A DNA stretch of 64,000 nt from an uncultured Prevotella sp. (lineage in GTDB: Bacteria > Bacteroidota > Bacteroidia > Bacteroidales > Bacteroidaceae): positions 134,700 to 198,699 of the forward strand of contig CAZXFP010000001.1 of NCBI GenBank assembly GCA_964640675.1. The letters run 5' to 3'. This document shows, piece by piece, positions 57,052-64,000 of the stretch. The notes under the pieces are model-generated. The model was not told the DNA's origin. It saw only the letters and a list, made by a program, of their open reading frames with translations, and did not search any database. A program made the position numbers and the translations under genes. Numbering within the stretch: the first letter of the stretch is position 1; each line of letters starts with the position of its first letter.

Positions 57052-58389
57052 TTATTTTCCTTCGTAAAAATGCAACATTTGTATATTATATAAGGTGAGG
57101 TACTTGCTCTGCAGCTCGTTTTGTTGTGCTGTAATCAGATTCTGTTTGGCCTCACGCAGTTCAGTGATGTTCTTCAAGCCAAGGCGGAATTGCTCTGAAA
57201 GCAGTTCGTAGCTTGTTTGCTGGCTTTCAGTGTTGGTAAGCGCACTTTTGTATTTGGCTTGGTTGTTGGTGGCTTGAATCCAATAATCCTCAATGGTGGA
57301 GTAGAGCGTAGTTTGCTCTTGTTGCAGGGCAAGTCGGCTGTTCTCCATCGCAATATTGGCTTTGTTGATGGCGGTTCGGGTCTGTCGTTGATCCCAAATG
57401 GGCACGCTGATGGTGATGCCGGCTGACGCTGCGAGGTTGTTTTTGAGTTGGTTGCCATAGGCGGCATTGCTCATGGTGGTGACATTGGTGGCCACACCGC
57501 CTTGCATGGAAAGGGTGGGCATCCGTTGTGCCTTGGCCATTTTCACGTCCAGTTCGCTGCTTTGGATGGATAGTCTTTGGGCTTCCAGTTCCGGACGGAA
57601 TGTGAGGGCACTCTCGTAGATACTTTGAAGGGAGGGGATGTTGGCAAGTGCATTGCCTGTAACATCTTGGGGGATGGCAACCTCAAAGTCGTTGTCATCC
57701 GTCAGTTCAAGAATCTGTTTCAGTTGGCGTGTGTAGTTGCGCAAGTTGCTTTCTTGTGCAACTACGTTATACTCGTCATTGGCCCGTTGTGCTGTGAGTT
57801 GGGCAAGGTCGGACTTGCTGAACACACCGGCATTGAGCATTTCGGTACCTCGTTGCTCGTTGGCTTTGCTCCATTCAAGACTTTGCTTGTTTACCTTGAT
57901 AGCCTCGTTCGTGTAGAGAATTTGCACGTAGATTTGGGCAATCTGTTCTTGAATGGAATTGGCGGTGATGGCAGAGTCCAATTCTGCTTGCTGTTCGGCT
58001 AACTTGTTCTGTTTGATTTTCAATCTGTTTTGGTTCCCATTCCAAATAGTCCAGTTGAAATTGATGGAGTATGAGCCATTGTAGTAAACCTTGTCTGTAG
58101 ACATTTCCACATAACCATTGGCTACTTGCTGTCGTCCGCTTTCGGGAAAGGGGTTGTATGTTACGTTTTGTGATGTGGAGGCGGTAAGTGATGGGAACAG
58201 TTCTGCCTTTGACAAAAGTAAGTCCTCGTGGGCTGAATGTTTGGATAGAATGTTCTGTTGAAGTTTGATGTTGTGTTGCAGGGCATAGTCGATGCACTCT
58301 TGCAATGTCCATTTGCGTGCCTCAGCGGGGGAGGAAGTGGTCATCCACAGGCCGAAGGCTATGATGCCTGCTAATTTGAGTCTATTCAT
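57052..58389 (-). CDS. TolC-family outer membrane protein
   Basis: WTLQECIDYALQHN, two OEP repeats; ATG at 58389 after the TAACTTTG promoter (58417-58424). Confidence 0.92.
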   Translation of the reverse strand: MNRLKLAGIIAFGLWMTTSSPAEARKWTLQECIDYALQHNIKLQQNILSKHSAHEDLLLSKAELFPSLTASTSQNVTYNPFPESGRQQVANGYVEMSTDKVYYNGSYSINFNWTIWNGNQNRLKIKQNKLAEQQAELDSAITANSIQEQIAQIYVQILYTNEAIKVNKQSLEWSKANEQRGTEMLNAGVFSKSDLAQLTAQRANDEYNVVAQESNLRNYTRQLKQILELTDDNDFEVAIPQDVTGNALANIPSLQSIYESALTFRPELEAQRLSIQSSELDVKMAKAQRMPTLSMQGGVATNVTTMSNAAYGNQLKNNLAASAGITISVPIWDQRQTRTAINKANIAMENSRLALQQEQTTLYSTIEDYWIQATNNQAKYKSALTNTESQQTSYELLSEQFRLGLKNITELREAKQNLITAQQNELQSKYLTLYNIQMLHFYEGK

Positions 58390-58980
58390 AAACTTAATCG
58401 CTATTATTTTCTGCTGCAAAGTTAGAAAAAAAGGTGGCGCACAAACCTTTTCAGTGCTTTTTTATAGATTGGGATTCTGTTAATGTCTTTCGTTCGTCTG
58501 TAAAAAAGGAATGACTTAACATTAATTTGCGCTGGCGTGGGAGTGTAGATGTGCTTGGGATATATTCAAGGATGAATGTCGTCTCTATTAGTTTCCTGTT
58601 TGGCCAAAATCTTTGCTTGTCTTTACAGATGATATATATCCATTGTACAAAACAATGATATACAACAAATAAATGAAAGAAAGCAACAAAAAGCGGTAAT
58701 CATCGCATTAGATGTGAAGGATGCCATGAGAGCGAGAACTGGGGCAGAACATGCGAGAGACAGCTATAGAAAAAGAGGCAGAGAAAAATGCAAAAGATAT
58801 ACAGAAATTTCGTAGGCAGAAACGTGCTGTATATTACTACTAAGTTTGATGTTTTTATGACCGTTTGCTTTTGCATTACTGTCGTATTATTTATCTGCAC
58901 CTACGTTTCTGATGTGAAAGCAAAGAGGTACAAGATGTTGTGTTACGGTAAGTTCTACTTGTAGAAGTATTCTCATATCA

Positions 58981-59018
58981 AATCGCCGCATATCCCTTTG
59001 ATGGAGTATGCGGCGGTT
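58981..59018 (-). terminator. Hairpin after the WG-repeat gene
   Basis: aatcgccgcatat...gtatgcggcggtt. Confidence 0.65.
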
Positions 59019-59040
59019 GTTTTATATATAGAAAACGATA

Positions 59041-60759
59041 CTAACCTTTACCTGTACCATGGCAATATTTGCACTTGCCTGTGCCATGGCAAGACTTGCA
59101 TTTGCCAGACCAATTGCAAGCTTTACATTCAACTTTTTCTCTTCCAGCTAAGTTCCATCCAGTTCCGCTGCAGTAACCACACAAACCAGAACCACTACAA
59201 TATGACTTTCTGTTGAGGGCAGTAATACTGCATGTACCTGAACCAACACAATGCTTGCACTTACCCATGGATGCCCCATCACGAGAAGTATGATTATCTG
59301 AAGATGACGATGTACCTTCGGCACTCGCCACATAGCCCATATCACCTGCCGTAGCCGTTCCACCTCCCTTAATAGACGAGTATGTGCTATATGCAGTACT
59401 TGCGACACCAACGATGGCACTGGCTATCTCGAAGCCTTTCGCCCATCTTTCTGCCCGTCTCTCCTTTCGAGACTCCTTAGCCCATTGTAGGTTTTTTGCA
59501 ATGACACTGTCATTGGGTACCAATTCATGAGCCAATTTCAATTTCCGCATGCCTTTGTTATAGTCCTTATTCTCTATGTCTATCAAAGCAAGGTTATTAT
59601 ACGCCGACGCATACTCTGGGTTGATACTCAGTACCCGTTCGTAGGTCTTTCTTGCAGCAATTTTACTGGTTTCTTCCTGTTGTATGCCCATGTTAACCAT
59701 ATCATACAGCAAATTGGGGTCTAGGTTGCCCTCCAAGTCAATCCATCCATTGACATTTAATGCCGTGACATTAGACTTTCCTTGGCTAAATTGTGACATA
59801 GAATCAAAACAAGGGGTGATAAGCTTAGAACCATTGTAAAGGTAAGCCCCCCAAAGTCCAGATTTTGAAACCAAGAATACCGCATCATCCTTGTCGAGCA
59901 TCACCTTGTCGTAACCTTGTGGTACTATCATTCTTCCATATTCGTCCTTATAACCTAGCGAGTCAGCAGCTCCTACCTTATTATATATGAGTTCCTGTCG
60001 CCAGTTTTGGGCTATTTTCTCATTGGTGGCAGCAGAGGCTTGATGAATAGCATCCAAAAGTTTGTCAAAAGAACCATTATTCTTCATTTCCTTTGCCTCC
60101 TTGGAGGCAGCTCTCCAAGGCTTGTTGCTGATAGGAACGGTTATCATCGCAGCTTTCACCTTGTTGTCAAAAGGAACAACCACCTTTCCTTGCACGTTAA
60201 TGGCTCCCCACTTACCATTTTGTTTCACCGCAGCTACCATGTCATCGGTAAATGCATCGGCATCTTCATACTCGAAGGGAATTACTACTTTGCCTTGTTT
60301 ATCAATGAACCCCCACTTTCCATCCTTGGAGACAGCCGCTAAACCTTGGTGAAAACCATCAAGATCATCCATCTTGTCGTAAATTGGAGGGATAATGAAA
60401 CGGTTATACATATCTATAAACCCAGTCTTTCCTGCTATCGTCACCATGGCAAGGTTTTCACGGAAATTATTGGCCGCCTTGTCGTAATGAGGAGGAATCG
60501 CCCAATCTATCTGGTCTGCCTCTGACTTCGAAATCAATACCGAACCAGCCTTTCCGAACCAATTGATGGCAGTAGAAGTTGTGCCATGAATTGGGCTGTT
60601 GATGTTTTGCTCCTTAAAAGCATACCCACACTTCTTGGTATATGGGTGTTTGACGAGATTGAGCTTATAGCTGATCAACTCAGTTTGCGACCATCCATGG
60701 GTGGTACAAAACGACAATATCAGCAAGATACCCCAAGATTTTAACGTTAAATTTCTCAT
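59041..60759 (-). CDS. Secreted WG-repeat + TPR + C-terminal CxxCxGxG zinc-finger protein
   Basis: Signal peptide; GKWGFIDKQGKVVIPFEY-type repeats; YASAYNNLA TPR; CKHCVGSG, CGYCSGTG, CKSCHGTG, CKYCHGTG. Confidence 0.85.
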   Translation of the reverse strand: MRNLTLKSWGILLILSFCTTHGWSQTELISYKLNLVKHPYTKKCGYAFKEQNINSPIHGTTSTAINWFGKAGSVLISKSEADQIDWAIPPHYDKAANNFRENLAMVTIAGKTGFIDMYNRFIIPPIYDKMDDLDGFHQGLAAVSKDGKWGFIDKQGKVVIPFEYEDADAFTDDMVAAVKQNGKWGAINVQGKVVVPFDNKVKAAMITVPISNKPWRAASKEAKEMKNNGSFDKLLDAIHQASAATNEKIAQNWRQELIYNKVGAADSLGYKDEYGRMIVPQGYDKVMLDKDDAVFLVSKSGLWGAYLYNGSKLITPCFDSMSQFSQGKSNVTALNVNGWIDLEGNLDPNLLYDMVNMGIQQEETSKIAARKTYERVLSINPEYASAYNNLALIDIENKDYNKGMRKLKLAHELVPNDSVIAKNLQWAKESRKERRAERWAKGFEIASAIVGVASTAYSTYSSIKGGGTATAGDMGYVASAEGTSSSSDNHTSRDGASMGKCKHCVGSGTCSITALNRKSYCSGSGLCGYCSGTGWNLAGREKVECKACNWSGKCKSCHGTGKCKYCHGTGKG

Positions 60760-61053
60760 GAGATTTAGCTTTAAATGATGAATTTTCTGTAAAAGTATAA
60801 AATTCTACCAAAATTGACAAGCATTGATATGTTTTTTTAGCTTGCGAATGACAATTTGTGGATGAAGTAAGACTTTACAAACGAGATTTCTGAAAATACC
60901 CATCTCAAATTTAGAGGTTAGGGGAAATATTTCTTATCAGTAACAGATAGGCTGCACCTCGGCAACTAAAGCAAGTTTCATGCGCCCGCTGTGCTTTTCT
61001 TTGCGATAAACCTGCAAAACCTGTTTGGGTTTGTTCTCAAAGAGCATGGAAAT

Positions 61054-61086
61054 AAAAAACAGCGATGAATTTTAAATTCATCGCTG
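61054..61086 (-). terminator. tRNA-Cys terminator
   Basis: cagcgatgaatt...aattcatcgctg with an A-run on the plus strand (U-tail on minus). Confidence 0.85.
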
Positions 61087-61091
61087 ATATG

Positions 61092-61162
61092 AGGTGCCTA
61101 GCAGAATCGAACTGCTCTACACGGTTTTGCAGACCGTTACCTAACCTCCCGGCCCAGGCACC
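61092..61162 (-). tRNA. tRNA-Cys(GCA)
   Basis: GGTGCCT GG GCCG GGAGGTT AGGT A ACGGT CTGCAAA ACCGT GTAG AGCAG TTCGATT CTGCT AGGCACC T; U73 discriminator; TACCTTTG promoter at 61183-61190. Confidence 0.95.
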
Positions 61163-61196
61163 TTGTTTTCTTAAAAGCGATGCAAAGGTACTGCTT

Positions 61197-61412
61197 TTAT
61201 TTGTTCCTACCAAATTTTTGGGAACTTTTTATCTCGCAATTCCGCTTTTTATGCATTTTCCGTATCTGTTGCTCGGTGAATTGGCTGCGTAATGAGCATC
61301 CTGCGCATCCTTTGCAAGGATTTCTCCATGCGGCAAACGCACGCTTGGCGCAATATATTAAATAGGAAATTGCGCCAAGCAGAACGATTGCGATGATGAG
61401 ATGCTCAATCAA
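61197..61412 (-). CDS. FeoB-associated Cys-rich small membrane protein-like
   Basis: N-terminal TM helix followed by PCKGCAGCSL...C. Confidence 0.7.
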   Translation of the reverse strand: MIEHLIIAIVLLGAISYLIYCAKRAFAAWRNPCKGCAGCSLRSQFTEQQIRKMHKKRNCEIKSSQKFGRNK

Positions 61413-61437
61413 TGTTGATGGCTTTATGGAAAGATGC

Positions 61438-61845
61438 TTATACCGGGTTGTCCATCGGGTTGTCGGAGAAAAGCTCGTCGGCAGCTTTCAGCTCGTTTTC
61501 GTCAAACCATGTGGAGAGTTTTTCCCGCGCCTTGGCCTTTACGTCTTCCCCAACGTTGTTCCATACTTTGTTGACAACGTATATGAGTACGGAGAGATCA
61601 TCGGTAAGACCTGCGATGGGGACGGCATCGGGGATTACATCAAGGGGAGAGATTAGGTATCCTAAGGCTCCAATGATGATGGTCTTGTCTTTCAGCGACA
61701 CTTGGTCGCTCTGTAAGGTGTAATAGAGGACAAGTGCGGCGTATACCAATTTTGCTCCCGCACGTTTGGCAATGCGGGATATTTTGTCGATGAATCCTTG
61801 CTGGGAGAATTTGTCTTTATACTCTTCGAAGTTGGGTAGTTGCAT
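61438..61845 (-). CDS. DUF1232/YkvA family protein
   Basis: IIGALGYLISPLDVIPDAVPIAGLTDD. Confidence 0.9.
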   Translation of the reverse strand: MQLPNFEEYKDKFSQQGFIDKISRIAKRAGAKLVYAALVLYYTLQSDQVSLKDKTIIIGALGYLISPLDVIPDAVPIAGLTDDLSVLIYVVNKVWNNVGEDVKAKAREKLSTWFDENELKAADELFSDNPMDNPV

Positions 61846-61863
61846 GGGAATAATGGGTAAATA

Positions 61864-62286
61864 TTAGAATTTTTGTACCTCATCAACATAACGTTTGGCT
61901 TCGGGGAAGGCCTTGTTCGTGTTGTGTAGGCGTATCTTTACAATTAATAAGGAGAGCAGATGGTACAGGCCAAATATGCAGAGACCAATACCAACGGCCA
62001 TGAGTAGATTCCACAAGGGATGCTCGAATGGCAACTTGTCGTCAGGGAATGCTGCAGTGACAAGTATTGGCAAGATGATGAGTATACCGGCGATTGTGTA
62101 TCGTTTTTGCTCCGAGCCTGTACTGTCGAGTGCGGCTTGGTATTCGAAAAGATAATCGCTCAACTCATCCTCGGAGAGATGCCCCATCTTTGGAAATCCC
62201 GCATCTGCTTGATGAGCGCGTATCTTGGCTTCTATCTGATGCTGGAAATCATTGATGTTGGTCGTGTATTCCGCTAAATCTTTCAT
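61864..62286 (-). CDS. Hypothetical 2-TM membrane protein
   Basis: 140-aa ORF with two hydrophobic helices, co-directional with its neighbours. Confidence 0.75.
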   Translation of the reverse strand: MKDLAEYTTNINDFQHQIEAKIRAHQADAGFPKMGHLSEDELSDYLFEYQAALDSTGSEQKRYTIAGILIILPILVTAAFPDDKLPFEHPLWNLLMAVGIGLCIFGLYHLLSLLIVKIRLHNTNKAFPEAKRYVDEVQKF

Positions 62287-62390
62287 ATCTCTTCGTAATG
62301 TGTCTTGTCAAAGGCAGTTCCGTGAGGCGCGCGTTAAACGCATAGCTCCTGTAACGGCTTGTTGCCTTGAACGGTGTGAAAAGAAAAAAA

Positions 62391-62818
62391 GCAGCGTCCC
62401 TATAAGCCGGGTTCTGTCCTCCACTCATCTTTCGATAATAGCGGAGTGCCTGTCATTTATCTACGCCGACAGTCACCTGTCGGCTCAAGCATTCTACCCT
62501 CCACCGCATCCCCGTAAGGAGAACTTGGGCGGGTTACCTCGGTCGGTGGTTTACATGAATTTGCAGCTCCTGGATAGCACAGCCCGAACGATCACCCGTC
62601 GGCTGGTGGTCTCTTACACCACCTTCTCACCCTTACCACTCCTATTTGATAGCTTGTCCTTGTTGGAGGACGTTGCGTAACACGGTTGTGGCGGTTGTTT
62701 TCTTCTGCATCTCCTACTGTTGCCAGCAGCTTCTACTTTCGGAAGCAGGATACCCTCACGCTGCCCGGACTTTCCTCTGACCTCTTAATGGAGGCCAGCG
62801 ACAGAGCCGGAACACTGC
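62391..62818 (-). ncRNA. rnpB: RNase P RNA (type A)
   Basis: Minus strand carries GAGGAAAGTCCGGGC and ACAGAACCCGGCTTATAG; P1 pairing GCAGTGTTCC/GGGACGCTGC; TAACTTTG promoter at 62831-62838. Confidence 0.95.
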
Positions 62819-62971
62819 CTTCTTGTGATGCAAAGTTAGTGCATTTAAGGGTAACGCAGGTGCTGATGGTGTCTTAATTATAGATTATTAACGTTGACGC
62901 GCGCTTTCTGCAACAGGAGAAAACACTCTCAAAAGGGTTGGTGGCTAAGTGTGGCGCGCTTTTAAAAACTA

Positions 62972-63009
62972 ATTGCGCCCCATATTATATAAAGGATATG
63001 GGGCGCAAT
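62972..63009 (-). terminator. Terminator of the rubrerythrin gene
   Basis: attgcgccccatat...atatggggcgcaat, 14-bp inverted repeat. Confidence 0.75.
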
Positions 63010-63059
63010 AGATAGGTTGTCAATGTCGTGGTAAGTAGCAGCAGTTGACAAGTGAGGGG

Positions 63060-63620
63060 CTACTTGTTGTTGAAGTAGCGCTCGTACAAGCCGATAAAGC
63101 CGGCGGCATGGCGTGCCTCGTCTTTGGCCATTTCATGAATGGTGTCATGCAGCGCATCCGAGCCTTCCATTTTGGCCATCTTGGCTGCTTCAAACTTCTC
63201 AGCGCAAGCATCTTTCTCTGCTTGCATACGTGCCATAAGATTGCTCTTGGTGTCTTTCAGCACTTCGCCAAGCAATTCGGCATAGCGGCTGGCATGATTG
63301 GCTTCCTCATAGGCGTAGTGCTCGAAAGCGCGTGCAATCTCGGGGTATCCCTCGCGGTCGGCTTGGCGAGCCATGGCCAAATACATACCCACTTCGGCAC
63401 ACTCGCCGTTGAAAGTCATCTTGCAATGCTCAATCAGTTGGTCTGACACTTTGTCCTTGTAAGCGATGCCCAATTCGTGAACAGTGGCAAACTCGGTCTC
63501 GTCCTCTGGAGTCAGCTCTTTGAACTTGCTGGCCGGTGCTTTGCAGATGGGGCACTTCTCAGGGGCGGTGTCGCCTTCGTGAACATAACCGCAAACGGTG
63601 CAAATAAACTTCTTTTTCAT
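63060..63620 (-). CDS. Reverse rubrerythrin / NADH peroxidase
   Basis: N-terminal rubredoxin CTVCGY...CPIC; ferritin-like GECAEVGMY, EEANH, DEARH. Confidence 0.92.
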   Translation of the reverse strand: MKKKFICTVCGYVHEGDTAPEKCPICKAPASKFKELTPEDETEFATVHELGIAYKDKVSDQLIEHCKMTFNGECAEVGMYLAMARQADREGYPEIARAFEHYAYEEANHASRYAELLGEVLKDTKSNLMARMQAEKDACAEKFEAAKMAKMEGSDALHDTIHEMAKDEARHAAGFIGLYERYFNNK

Positions 63621-63725
63621 AATGTTTGAGTTTTTGTTAGTTTAATAATATACCCTTTTCAAGCATTGATGTTGGATGGAAGGGCGTTCTTGTTCTTGTA
63701 TTTGCGTTTTTGAATAATGCTTATG

Positions 63726-64000
63726 TCAGCAAGCCATGGCTTCCGGTATGATGTCTTTTTCCATCGTTCTTAGATGAGGGGTAATAACCGCCTTTTTGGC
63801 ATTGCATGCTGCGCAGACACCACGGTAATAGAGCTGGGTGTCATGAATGGTGAATCCTTTGGGAGCACCTTGATGCCATGCGCTTGGAGCCGGCTCGTCC
63901 ATAAAGTCATACACTTTGCCGCATTCTTTGCAGAAGAAGTGCACGTGTGGAGTTGTGTTGCCATCGTAGCAAACGCGATGCTCGTCGATGGTCAGCATCT
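63726..64000 (-). CDS. Fur/PerR-family transcriptional repressor (5'-truncated by the window edge)
   Basis: YDGNTTPHVHFFCKECGKVYD...YYRGVCAAC; upstream of rubrerythrin. Confidence 0.9.
   Translation of the reverse strand, partial: MLTIDEHRVCYDGNTTPHVHFFCKECGKVYDFMDEPAPSAWHQGAPKGFTIHDTQLYYRGVCAACNAKKAVITPHLRTMEKDIIPEAMAC

Noticed and set aside
53703-58389. MacAB-TolC cluster as a bacteriocin export system
   Set aside because: No precursor peptide or modification enzyme nearby; ordinary Bacteroidales efflux operon
58500-58620. attL-like duplicate of the tRNA-Cys 3' end bounding the islet
   Set aside because: No match to gaggtgcctagc found by eye on the far side of the islet

Overview
This is a gene-dense stretch of a Bacteroidota chromosome, most likely Prevotella or a close relative, judged from TAnnTTTG -7 promoters, a T9SS cargo protein, serine palmitoyltransferase and SusC-like receptors. 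Most of it is housekeeping: a DEAD-box helicase, kdsB/kdsA/kdsD, rmlC, ugd, ftsE, lysC, class III fbp, udk, cls, spt, ruvC, rsmG, a MacAB-TolC-type pump, tRNA-Cys, rnpB and rubrerythrin with a Fur/PerR regulator. I saw no CRISPR array, rRNA, transposase or integrase. Six things stand out. (1) Six dispersed intergenic elements are each built from exactly four 22-bp quasi-palindromic units, with copy-specific complementary changes. (2) An apparently NrtR-autoregulated operon joins a macro-like protein, DUF1810 and a small unannotated protein that I read as a stand-alone caspase/CHAT-fold His-Cys protease. (3) A TonB receptor / OB-fold lipoprotein / secreted nuclease locus runs on into UDG, udk and a PIF1 helicase, suggesting DNA foraging. 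(4) A full-length GH77 has lost all three catalytic carboxylates. (5) The tRNA-Cys has G8/G14 in place of U8/A14. (6) An AT-richer islet beside that tRNA encodes a WG-repeat/TPR/zinc-finger protein. All family calls come from motif recognition by eye; no searches were run.
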